A model generated the notes under the pieces. It did not search any database. It was given only the letters and a program-made list of their open reading frames with translations, and was not told the origin of the DNA. A program made the translations under genes and the position numbers. A stretch of 48,658 nt of DNA, the filler included, from Basidiobolus ranarum (Eukaryota), in NCBI GenBank assembly GCA_040143965.1. It is 2 parts of 2 records of this genome, joined end to end, with 100 filler letters (N's around TTAATTAATTAA, not from the genome) between each part and the next. Parts side by side here need not be neighbours in the genome. Positions count along the whole stretch, not along the records: positions 1 to 24,314 come from JASJQH010007031.1; 1 more part is not named here. One strand, given 5' to 3'. Position 1 is the stretch's first letter; every line of letters begins with the position of its first letter. Of this stretch, positions 13,085 through 23,764 are shown piece after piece.

Positions 13085-13900
13085 TCAAGCAAACTTATAG
13101 CCAGTGATTGATTCTAGAAGATTTTTGGCCGCCATTTGTTCCGAAATCTCCATATCTAAAGAGAAGGCACTCGCCGACCACTTGAACTTTTTATCAGTGG
13201 ACATCACTGTAGTCATGTATCGAAATTGTCCAGAATTTTCCAAGAAATGCTTACTAGTTTGAAAGGTTGGCTTATCAAGATCATTGATCTGATGGATAAC
13301 ATTGGATAGGGCTTCTTTGTAGTCGCTATTGTTCATTTCCAGTTTGAAATTGGGTGGTAATTCTTTGGGCTTCAAAGGTTTTTGAAATTCTGGTGTACAT
13401 GGTTTCACAAGTTTCTCTCTACCTCGACCTCTTCCTCGTCCCCTTCCCCTAGTCCTAGCGCGCTCGAAACGTCTGGATTCAAAGGGCGTCTGGTGAGATT
13501 CCATTGGTTTCGGAACTTGGTCTTCAGTCTCCTTATCAGTTGCCGCAGGATCACTATCACTATCTTTAATCAAACCAAAAGCACTCAATAACAAGTGCTC
13601 TACCAGATCATAGCCAAACTTCAAATAATGGATGGCAATAAAGACCTTCACCGTAGTGACAGTAGCAGTTGTATTTGGAAGACAGAAAGAAAGGTCCAGT
13701 TTCGAAAGTAGAAGATTATAACTATGTTGAGAAATCAAATTAAACGTACGTTGAAATTGATTCGGATGACTGTAACTAAAGTTCAATCGTTGATCTATCA
13801 ACCATAATATTTGTTCACCTATCAGTCGCAAATCTGAGTTATTTTGCTGCTCTATGGTTAGTTCTTGAACGCTTTTATTGTACCACCAATTCTCCTGCAT
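13085..13900 (-). CDS. Divergent RNase III-like domain, RG-repeat linker and C-terminal dsRBD-like domain, 271 aa
   Basis: By-eye alignment to bacterial RNase III: NNSDLRLIGEQIL vs HNERLEFLGDSIL; LDLSFCL vs FELGECL; TTVKVFIAIHYL..VEHLLL vs DTVEALIGGVFL..VEKLIL; DYKEAL..KPTF..SEQMAAKNLL vs DPKTRL..LPTY..AEQAAAEQAL. Confidence 0.7.
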   Translation of the reverse strand: MQENWWYNKSVQELTIEQQNNSDLRLIGEQILWLIDQRLNFSYSHPNQFQRTFNLISQHSYNLLLSKLDLSFCLPNTTATVTTVKVFIAIHYLKFGYDLVEHLLLSAFGLIKDSDSDPAATDKETEDQVPKPMESHQTPFESRRFERARTRGRGRGRGRGREKLVKPCTPEFQKPLKPKELPPNFKLEMNNSDYKEALSNVIHQINDLDKPTFQTSKHFLENSGQFRYMTTVMSTDKKFKWSASAFSLDMEISEQMAAKNLLESITGYKFA

Positions 13901-14077
13901 TCTTTGTCTTTGATGGCTTTCCAGTGAATCCCAGTGAATCCATTATATATACTGGTAGCCTGAAACTGATGAGTTGAGTATATCACTAATCTAATCATTG
14001 ATTAACTTCTCGATCATTTATCGCCAGACAATTCGATGCTTTTATCAGAGAGATTTATTTTGAATGAAGCAGCACAG

Positions 14078-14362
14078 TCATATCATATAGTATCCAACAA
14101 GGGGAATCGGCAAGTACCATATTTCTAACTTACTAGCTTTAGAGATGGCAGGTCCATTTGTAGGGGCTTGGGTTGCTGATGCCCACCCGGATTGAACTCG
14201 ACTTGGGACTTGACCAAGATCGGATCCTATTGAAGAGAAATATGCTCCAGCTCCATTACTCCCACATGCACCGCTTGGATTGATACATTGTTGAAGAGTT
14301 AAAGTACATAGCTGGCAGGAAATAGCGACGAATAGAGATAATTTGAACATTGATGATTTCAT
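14078..14362 (-). CDS. Small secreted, possibly GPI-anchored protein, 94 aa
   Basis: Hydrophobic N-terminal signal, small Gly/Ser/Ala/Thr-rich core with a Cys pair, hydrophobic C-terminus (IWYLPIPLVGYYMI). Confidence 0.6.
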   Translation of the reverse strand: MKSSMFKLSLFVAISCQLCTLTLQQCINPSGACGSNGAGAYFSSIGSDLGQVPSRVQSGWASATQAPTNGPAISKASKLEIWYLPIPLVGYYMI

Positions 14363-14506
14363 TAAACATTCCCCATTTTATATTCAACTGAACAATACAT
14401 ACTGCGCAATGACTCGCATAAACATATGTCGTCAATTAAGCTGACTGACTAGAATAATGCTAATGCTAATGCATATCCAGATCATGATCCTCAATGCATA
14501 CTATCA

Positions 14507-15715
14507 TTACTTCATACTTACTCTGACCTTCTCTGCATGCTCTCGAATAATTTTCAGGGTTGTATCGTCCGTATTGAAGATACTGTACCAGCCAGGAGGT
14601 TCATGTGGTGGATCACCCAGCCATCTTGGTTCTTCATCAGTGGGTCTACCTTCTCCAGCCCAGGACCAGATCATTTGACCCATGGATTTCTTTTCTTTCA
14701 TTAACTCAACGGTTTCATCCATTAGCACTTGAAAGTATCGATCCCTGTTAGAAGTAGGTGTGTTAGGGTCATATATATTCTTAGTTGGAAGCCACCCATC
14801 TCTAGCCATTCCATATTCCTCGAAAATCAGCGGTTTATTAAGCTCATGAGACCACGAAGCAACATCACGATATCGTTCAAGTGCCCAGTTAACAGCTGTT
14901 TCAAGATGCTCCTCGGAACCGTCAGTAGGGTCATAAATGCCCCAATTTTGAACCCAAATATGCAAGGTTGTAAAATCAATCTCTTCTACACCATGTACCT
15001 CCAGAAAATCCTCCTTTCCAGCTATTGCTTCCTGACCTAGAGATACTAAATGAACCGGGTCCAACTGTCGAATGAACCTGCCCACTTTCTTCACCCACTT
15101 TGATTTAGCCTGCCTGGGTTCATTGGCCAATTCCCAAGCCATTACTGTCGTATCTTCGGAATATTTTTTACCGTTGATTTGGTTGATTCTAGTCAATACG
15201 GTTTGAATATGGTTCAGATAGATTTCTTGGGCCTTAGGGTCGTTATAGAATTCAATGCACCACGCTTCAAAGGTGTCCCAATCATAAGGTATAGGTTTTT
15301 TGGTAGACCAATTAAGCATCTGACCAAAACCACCGGACCAGAACCAAAAGTTTGAAAGTACCATGATAGCTTTCAAATTTCTTTTATCCAATTCCACCAA
15401 TAAAGTATCCAATCCAAGCCATACTTCCTCGTCATATAGACCTTCCTGTGGCATAAGAGGGACTTTAATTCTATAAGGTTCAGTTTTAGGTCCCTCTGAA
15501 CCACATATAATTCTTAGAGTATTCACACCTAATTCAGCAAGAAAGTCCAATTCTCTTCTTAACCGAGGTAAATCACCCAAATTCTCTTTTTTACAACCGA
15601 GGTTCATAGCTGACCAAAAATTCATCCCAATCACTCGAAACGATTCTCCATTCAAGTAGAACTCACTTCCTTTTACTGATATATATTCTTTACTTGACCT
15701 CACTCGATTCTCCAT
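14507..15715 (-). CDS. Glycoside hydrolase family 5 beta-mannanase/mannosidase (GH5_7-like), intronless, 402 aa
   Basis: GMNFWSAMNLG, GVNTLRI, LSNFWFWSGG, acid/base in WELANEP, nucleophile in IFEEYG, C-terminal WLGDPPHEPPGWYSIF. Confidence 0.93.
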   Translation of the reverse strand: MENRVRSSKEYISVKGSEFYLNGESFRVIGMNFWSAMNLGCKKENLGDLPRLRRELDFLAELGVNTLRIICGSEGPKTEPYRIKVPLMPQEGLYDEEVWLGLDTLLVELDKRNLKAIMVLSNFWFWSGGFGQMLNWSTKKPIPYDWDTFEAWCIEFYNDPKAQEIYLNHIQTVLTRINQINGKKYSEDTTVMAWELANEPRQAKSKWVKKVGRFIRQLDPVHLVSLGQEAIAGKEDFLEVHGVEEIDFTTLHIWVQNWGIYDPTDGSEEHLETAVNWALERYRDVASWSHELNKPLIFEEYGMARDGWLPTKNIYDPNTPTSNRDRYFQVLMDETVELMKEKKSMGQMIWSWAGEGRPTDEEPRWLGDPPHEPPGWYSIFNTDDTTLKIIREHAEKVRVSMK

Positions 15716-17842
15716 CCTACGCTGTTGGACTTAGTGATGATTCTACTCTGTTCACTGATTCTAATGCTACGTAATCTTATCTAATATAAGCCACCCAATC
15801 ACTGGATTAGTCAATAAAACGTATCTTACGTAAGATGCACAGGAGACGTAAGGTCTTAAAATCATGTGAGATATTTTGCTGATAGTTTTCAATCTACTTC
15901 CTGTTGGAAATGTATCAGTTGAATGCAACGCATATAGAATAATATATCCTTATATATATTTGCAATGATCTAAATATAAGCAGTATTGATTGCAATATCA
16001 CCAACATTGTTCAGCTATTTCGAAATCTAATAGAGAGATTCTATTGAATACAAAGAAATAACTGATAATGTGATAAGCTATCCTATCTAACATCCATCAT
16101 GTCTACTCATTTGTGTGTAGATAAAAGCTCTGCATACTACTCATTATCCATACATATATTTTGCATAACTTCATATCTACTACATTTGTATATTTTTCTT
16201 TTTGACAGTCTGCTTTACTTCATTGTTCACGTGATCATTAGATTCAAAATGTTCCACTACTTAATGAACAAGATTTGAATATATTATGCTAATTACCTGG
16301 CGCCCACTACTAAAAGATATATTTGTAAGTCAAACTCTTGCCGTCACCTTGAGGCATATCCAACCCCTTCAGAAAAAAGAAGAAACTTTCAAAATAAAGC
16401 ATCCTAAATCTTACTTGAAAGTTCTAAATAAAAAGAAATATTGTTTCCAATAGCCAACTCACTAGAAATACTTCATAGGTTAGTCTTGAAGTGGAATAGT
16501 TAAGGAATCAAGATATTGTTTGTTTAAATGATATCTCAAGTAATCTGAATTATAGAATTTTGGCTTCTTGACATAAGAATTGAAGTTTATTATCACCAAC
16601 ATATTTGTTATTCATATCTATATATACTTAACTATATGAGTGAGTAAACCTAAATTGAACTTGGCGTTCTAGGTGTATGTAAATTAAACAGAGGATAATC
16701 CATTTTGCTCTCATGAATGTTCTGAATATCATCCGCATAAAGCATAAGCATGTTCTCATGTTTCTTACGATCAGTCAATGCTGACAAAAATCTAGATAAG
16801 TTGTACATGTTGGATCCTTTTAATGCGTCAATTCTACATGGTGGAAGACCTCAAAAGCAACATTCAGTATCTTGCATTATTTTCACAAGGCCACAAAATC
16901 GATGGAACAAAGGGCCAAATCTTTGGTGTTCATTTGCAAGTTAACTCGCATTTTCCATTCAATATCGGGTTTATCATCTCTTTTTGGTACTATGTGAGAA
17001 ATTTAGTGACAATATACCCGCCAAACTCTTGCTACTCGTGTCTTTTTCTATATGTACCAATTGTAGACTCTGAAATTCAACCTAGACAGCTCCGGAAAGT
17101 CATACCAGTATCCTTCAATTAAACACACGCTCTAGAAACCTTTACAAAAGTTCTCCGAATATAATATATAAAAGTATTTCAACTTGCTCATCCTGTTTGT
17201 AGAGGTACCATGCTTGGGAAATGCCACACGGCAGAAAAATTAACTTCCACCATTTTTCCAATACCGACTGATCGAGTAATAGTCAAAAAGATAACTGCAA
17301 TAACTCCTCCCAAAGAAATTTGCTTGAATACCCTTCTACGATTTCTGATTACAACAAATATTTTAGTTCGTGATGACAAAACAAAGTCAAATAAAGATTA
17401 AATCTTGCAGTTAGAATATAAGCAATCAAGTTTACAATACAAGTGTTTACATCGTTGTCAAGTGGCTATTCTGTAAATAAATACCTAGTTAAAGTGTGAT
17501 CACCGGAATGAAAGGATTTTACTATCAATGGATACTTACATCAAATATTCAACAGTTGCAACACGCTTCAGTAGCACCAATACTCAATTAGAAGCTAGGC
17601 TATGAAGACCATGGCGCTATGCAAAATGCACATTAGAATTTATACTATAGCCTAACTAGTTAAATAGGAGGAGCGTAGCGAATCATGGGCATCCTCTGAT
17701 ACTAATCTATTACAGTGTAAATGTTAGCTGGAGCAAATACAGATATTTTCAGATACACTACAAGTAAGAAGGTTGCTCAAATGCTCAAGTTTATTTACCA
17801 ACTTGTGTAGGAATCATGGGAGTTTCCTTTTTTACATACTGT

Positions 17843-18295
17843 TCAATTATACTGCTCTGATTGTATAGGTTCAGTTTGAGTGTAAGGCAACGCTTGACCA
17901 AACTGCTCTTGGCCAAATACTGGATTAAATACATGTTCACCACCACGCTTCTTGGCATATACCGAAGAAGTCTGCTCTCCCTCAATTTCAGCGCTGGGTC
18001 CATCCTGATATTTGACACTAGCTGATTTCCTATGGTTAGCTTTAGCGGTGTTAAGGTTGTCATGCTTACGAGTAATGGTGACAAATTTCTGTCTCAGTAT
18101 CGGGACACTAACTGCCGGTGCTATTCTAGTTTGAATTCCTTGATTACAAAGGTATCCTTGTTGAATGCATGGACTACCTACATACCGACCATATACCTGA
18201 TGACCATGCTGGTAGGGATAATAGCTGACTGGAACTCCAAAGGCACCTTGGAAAAGAGCACCACAAGAAGCAAGTAAGGTGATGAATAGTTGCAT
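17843..18295 (-). CDS. Hypothetical secreted protein, 150 aa
   Basis: True start is probably MQLFITLLASCGALFQGAFG (signal peptide); Tyr/Gln/Gly-rich N-part; dibasic KKR site. Confidence 0.7.
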   Translation of the reverse strand: MQLFITLLASCGALFQGAFGVPVSYYPYQHGHQVYGRYVGSPCIQQGYLCNQGIQTRIAPAVSVPILRQKFVTITRKHDNLNTAKANHRKSASVKYQDGPSAEIEGEQTSSVYAKKRGGEHVFNPVFGQEQFGQALPYTQTEPIQSEQYN

Positions 18296-20021
18296 GGTAG
18301 AAAGTCGGTAGATGTCGAAGTAGCTAGGGATGATGACTTGATAATACGAATGAAAGATTTGTATAAATACAGAGCTTATCTCATACAATAAGCTTCTAGA
18401 TGCTACGGTAAAGAAGCACGCATTAACAGCTTGGGATTGAACATTCACGCAGTTATCTACTGTTCAGTAATTTGAGTCACAAATACATTTGTATTATGCT
18501 TTTTAATTAAATAGAATCATCATGGAATAAACTATTGTAGATTTTTTTATATATAAAGCCACCACCGAACATCCATAAAGCCACTTTATAAATGTGATAA
18601 TAGTGATACATTTGTGGACAACCATTGATTGTTGAGCAACTGAGTGTTTCATTATTGTGATAGTTAGTAAGAAGAGTTTAAGTTTGAGGTTTATCAGATA
18701 GAAGTAGTAGTAATACGCTCATGTTGAATATTTCGTACACATTGCGTTTAGAGAAATATTCATCGTCGATTATATGTATTCAAAATCTACCAATTTGGAG
18801 TTCACTATTTTACCAGTGTTTTATTAAGGTTGATAACCTTACAAATAATACCATTAATAAGGCCTTCTACATTAAATAAGAATGACTTTTGGTTAAGGAT
18901 TCTTAGACAAAACCTTACTTACCCTGCCACTACTATAGATATATTTGAATTCGAATCCGGAGATATCTTCACAAATTGAATATTGTTACACTACTAGTTT
19001 GAAAGAGTTATGATTTACACGCGTCTGCATAGTGGATCTTTGGATGTGGTACACAATTATTGACTAATATCGCTATTTTTTTTGTTGCCTTGGGCCTTTT
19101 TTGCTATCAAGTCATTTTGCTTATTTTATGATGCTATACAACAAACCAGTGTTCATTATACCAGTGCATAGTATACAAAATTAGTTGATAACTTTTGGTA
19201 AATTAGATTCCGAGTTTGTAATAATACTCCTAGTCTGCTTTATATTATGTTCATAGGATGAGCTTACTATTTTGTAGTGTAACATTTGTTTAGCATGCAA
19301 TATTTTCGTTTGAATAATAGTTGTTTGAATATACATCAGATAAGTTTCATAATTATCTGATTTACCGTATTTGGGAATTTTACTAAACATTTGGAACTCC
19401 CAAATCTGATAATGTTATAGAAATTTTCCCCATCAATACGCATCTAAAACTCACCTGCTACATCCTTTTACGGATGTAAACAGTTCATAGACTCTAATTG
19501 AAAGAGTCATTCTGGTCCTTTCATTGATGTTACCATACCATTGGTTGTAGAGATTCGTTATTCTGAAAGCATGCTTAAGTTTTACCGGTTTCTCCATTCA
19601 TAGACTGCATAGTATATGACCTATTAAAAATAATACTTGAAGAGCATTATCTCATCAAGTTTTGTTAGTTTATCACGCTTATTGCCTTATAAAAGTTTTG
19701 CCCAACTGAGCAGGTGTAACGGAAGAGGGAATAACAGGAAGTAGACACTGCTCTCAAGGGCTAGGTATATGTTACAGCATAGTCATGAAGTATAGCCATT
19801 AGCTCAGCCTTATTTGAATCTGCATTAAAGGGCTATGTGAGAAAAAACAACTAGCACTGGAGTGACACCGCAGGTTGGTGTCTTGTTATAGAATAGTATC
19901 CATAAAAAAACTATATTGTAAAGCAAGTAAAGTCCTTCGAAGTGGCAAGAATACGGTACCTCTGATTGATATAAAAAGAGGAAATTCCATTCCAAATTTA
20001 TTCAAACCATTCATTCTAATC

Positions 20022-20453
20022 ATGTCTTCAAAGGTCTTCTGTCTTCTTCTCTCTGTTTTGGGTGCCATGAGCGTCATTGATGCTGCTCCTGCTAATTGTT
20101 ACAACATTCCTTCCGCTGGTGGTTGTATTGACGGATGCAATATGGTATGTTTCTCAATAAATGGAGTGGTGTACAAGTTTAAAATTAACATGCTACTCAT
20201 ATCTTTATTTTAATAGCAAGCTGGTATCCAATTGTTTGATGATTACAGCAATGATCTTTCCAGCCCTTTCTTTGTTAAATCATTGTCGCTGCAATGCGAT
20301 CGCTCCAACCCTAGCTTCATCCCTTTCATGACCAGTGCTGGTATTTGCATGGTTGACTGCCCTATCCCTCAGCAGAGTGCTTACAACAGCACTTATAGAG
20401 CTTCATGCAGCTGGTACAAGACTAATAAGGATGGATCTACTGGATGTAACTAA
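20022..20453 (+). CDS. Small secreted Cys-rich protein, copy 1; exons 20022-20144 and 20217-20453, 119 aa
   Basis: Signal peptide MSSKVFCLLLSVLGAMSVIDA, 8 Cys in the mature region, GTATGT..TAG intron, TATAAAA upstream, near-identical paralog downstream. Confidence 0.9.
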
Positions 20454-21504
20454 TACATCGATCATTCACAATCGTATTTGTAATCTGAGAATGCGAAACA
20501 TTCCATCATTATGCCTTGTTCATATCGCAGTCTAAATAAATGATATTATCACCATTTGTTGACTCGATGTATATTACTTACTATCCAAATGACTTTATTT
20601 TGCTGCTAAATGACAGTCTACGTTTGGAATGCAACTAAAATTAATGAATATCTTCAGCTGGCAAGTATATATATTTGACATCTATCCCCAAGTGTCTATT
20701 TGTCTGTCTATCGTACAAATCTGCTGCAAAGTACATTTGCCGCTCTAAGATCTTTTGACTTGGCGAGGTACGATTTAACTAAATTGTGGCTGATGAGATT
20801 CAACTAAGGAGGCTTTTTTTCGATGGTTTATTTCAATACTATATATGCTCTAAACATCAAGGATGTTATTTTTTCCGAGTGTGTTACATGTGAGTTATAT
20901 TCCATTCCACTGGTTTAGCATGCAGTATTATGTTACTTGATTTACATCAGATAAATTTTATTAGTTATCTGATTCACAATATTTGTAATCTTTTTTGAAT
21001 CTTTCACGTCGAATGATTACTCAGAGCTCAATTGTCACGAGTATTCTGCATTTTCATTAGTCTTGTCCTACCTTTAGTTAGAGTGATCCAATGTTCCGAA
21101 TGAATGCCTACATTTATCAGCTACGCGGCATATATAGTAGTTACTAAAGGAGAAATTTCAGGTAGACTTTATCTGATGGACTTACGTTGATATTGGCCTC
21201 ATAGGAGCAACGGCCAATGGTACAAGTGGAATATAATAGAATATAATTGAAGCGACCTGGAAAATTGCTATCAATATCTATGCCTATCTCATGAGTATAG
21301 GCAAGAAGTGTAACCATCGACTCCAATGGCACTTGTACTTGTATTAACAAGAATCACAACGGATAAACATTCAAGTGACACTACAGATTATCGTTTTGAC
21401 ATACGAGCATGGCAGTATCAGGTCAACTTTTTTTCAAGGAGAGCTTTTTTCTATAAAAGCGAATACTCTTTCCACTTGAACTACATCAAACCATTCAACT
21501 AGTC

Positions 21505-21923
21505 ATGTCTTCAAAGGTCTTCTGTCCTCTTCTCTCTGTCTTGGGCGCCATGAGCGTTATTGACGCTGCTCCCGCTAATTGCTACAACATTCCTTCTGCT
21601 GGTGGTTGCATTGACGGATGTAATATGGTAAGTCCAAGATTTTCTTCAAAGCGTTGGATATACTGACATTAAAGTATTCCTTCTAGCAAGCAGGAATTCA
21701 ATTGTTTGATGATTATAGTAACGATATTACCAGCCCTTTCTTTGTTAAATCTTTGTCATTGCAATGCGATCGCTCAAATCCCAACTTCATTCCTTTCATG
21801 ACCAGTGCTGGAATTTGTATGGTTGACTGCCCTATCCCTCAGCAGAGTGCTTATAATAGTACTTATAGAGCATCATGCAGCTGGTATAAGACGAACAAGA
21901 ATGGATCAACTGGATGTAACTAA
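21505..21923 (+). CDS. Small secreted Cys-rich protein, copy 2; exons 21505-21627 and 21687-21923, 119 aa
   Basis: Same exon lengths as copy 1, 5 amino-acid differences, TATAAAA upstream. Confidence 0.9.
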
Positions 21924-22239
21924 TACACTTATTATTGATAGCTAAATTGGTAGCTCTAGAATGAAAGATATTCCATTGTTATACTTAATTCATAGTGTAG
22001 CACAAATAAATGAGATTAATCCAATTTATTAAATCGATGTACATTATTTATCATGAAAATAATCATATATCATTGCTGAGAGATAGTTGATGCTGATTCC
22101 CTCAACACATTCAAGATTAGTTTGTCATTCAATCATCATAGATAGCTCTTTATTTTGTTGTCCATAGTCTTGAGATGCACAGCAAACTTGACTCTGGAGT
22201 TGGTACTACTTACTGCCAGTTAACCCTAACAAAATAAAA

Positions 22240-23312
22240 TCAATTTGATCTGGATTGGATCCACCCTCCTGGAGCACAAAACTGTGAGAGAACCATCACA
22301 ATATTGATGGCTTGCATTCTGCCAGATATTTTGATGGTATGATAGTGACTTCTTACTGGTATTATAATGGTAATCATACACAGTGAAATATTGATTCTCA
22401 TATTTAGCATTTTATTCCCAACAATTATTGGAAAAAACCAATTTTCAACTAGTAAGTTACTGGGTTTACTGCTATAGGAATTCATATTAATATGCATGCC
22501 TTTACTTATATATACTTGGCTTCATATTCCAGATATGATGAAAAACAAAAGATAGAAGAATCACATTATGTTTAGTCTCTATATATGCACATACTTGACT
22601 GATCAGACATGACTAAACAACATCAATATGCTTTACCTGCAAACTAATGGTGGAAAAATTGTTAAACATCTAAAATCTAGATTAGCACTAACACTTGGCA
22701 AATAGCTGACTCTTGTTACCAATGATAATGAGAGTAAGCTCTTGGACTTTGGCAAATATCTGTAAAGATAAAGAATTCAGCCAAAATTTCCCTAAAGTGC
22801 AGTCAAGAAATGTCCAGCCACAAGTAGATGTGTCATTGCTTGAATAGATTACCCCATGCTTAAAACAATATTGCTGCATATCTTGCTCAATCTCACAAAG
22901 AAGTCTGTCTTGCAGATTTCCTAGAGGTATCATCAGATTATCATACAAACAGAATGGTCTGAGTTATGGAAGTACTTACTCTGTATCCATGGATTGGGTT
23001 TTGTTGCTTGTATTATGCACAAACAATGCAAAAACCTATGAATACACTGAAAAAGCTCTATTTTGGCAGGTTACATAATCTAGAGTCTCCTTAACGCATT
23101 GCATTGCATCCATCACTGATTTTGCTGATACATTATTTGTCAGAATAGCATACAGTAATACTGACAATTTCACATGGAGCATCATTTCATCACAGGTATG
23201 CTCTATTGGGAACTTCCAGAATGTATAGCCAGGACCTATAATCTCTAAGCATTGTAAAAGATACAACAGGGAATGTATTGAATACCATCACAGATTTAGT
23301 TTATCTTCTTTA
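22240..23312 (-). mobile_element. Decayed CACTA/EnSpm-type (Tnp2-like) transposase, C-terminal portion
   Basis: IHSLLYLLQCLEIIGPGYTFWKFPIEHTC matches the H..LH....I...GP....W.FP.ER.C motif; stops and frameshifts; CpG depleted. Left boundary approximate. Confidence 0.7.
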
Positions 23313-23659
23313 TATTAAATAATTTGGCAGCCTGTTAGAAGTGGCTTGGAGAATTGAAGAAATTGGGGGTTTTTACTAATTGATTTATTGAGTAGAAATT
23401 TGACATTTATATTTTGTCAAGATGTAAGCAAGCTAACATGAAGAATGAGTTAAAGATGGTCCCAGCAATATGTGTGTAAAGTTTGGGACCTCTAGCACCA
23501 GTTTTAAAGATATATATATCTGAGAACTTCTAAATTGATAAAAGTATTCTAGGTATGTTCCAATTGAGAATTCTGGGTAATGTCTTAAAAAAATATACAA
23601 TAACTAGATACTAAACTATATATTACCATAAAGGTGCTTAGGAAATGCTAAATTCATCA
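23313..23659 (-). mobile_element. Degenerate copia-type LTR (3'-LTR configuration) with adjacent polypurine tract
   Basis: Colinear, clearly diverged match to the LTR at 25650-25992 (gaagtggcttgg, tttgtcaagatgta, tctagcac, tatatatctgagaact). TTGAGGGAGAG PPT on the minus strand at 23660-23670. Confidence 0.8.
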
Positions 23660-23764
23660 CTCTCCCTCAACTAAATAGTCATATATCATTGAAAAGGCTT
23701 ACTGGCCAAAAATTTTAAGAACTTAAATCTTCCTCTGTCTGAATGGTATAAGAGTGATAATATT

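Noticed and set aside
16300-17450. Possible degraded element or pseudogene (short ORFs, CACTA words, VEFQ-like string on the minus strand)
   Set aside because: No second motif, paired TIRs or continuous homology that I can support
18296-18448. 51-aa N-terminal extension of the secreted protein given in the ORF track
   Set aside because: The signal peptide starts at Met 18295; the upstream part looks like promoter/5' UTR
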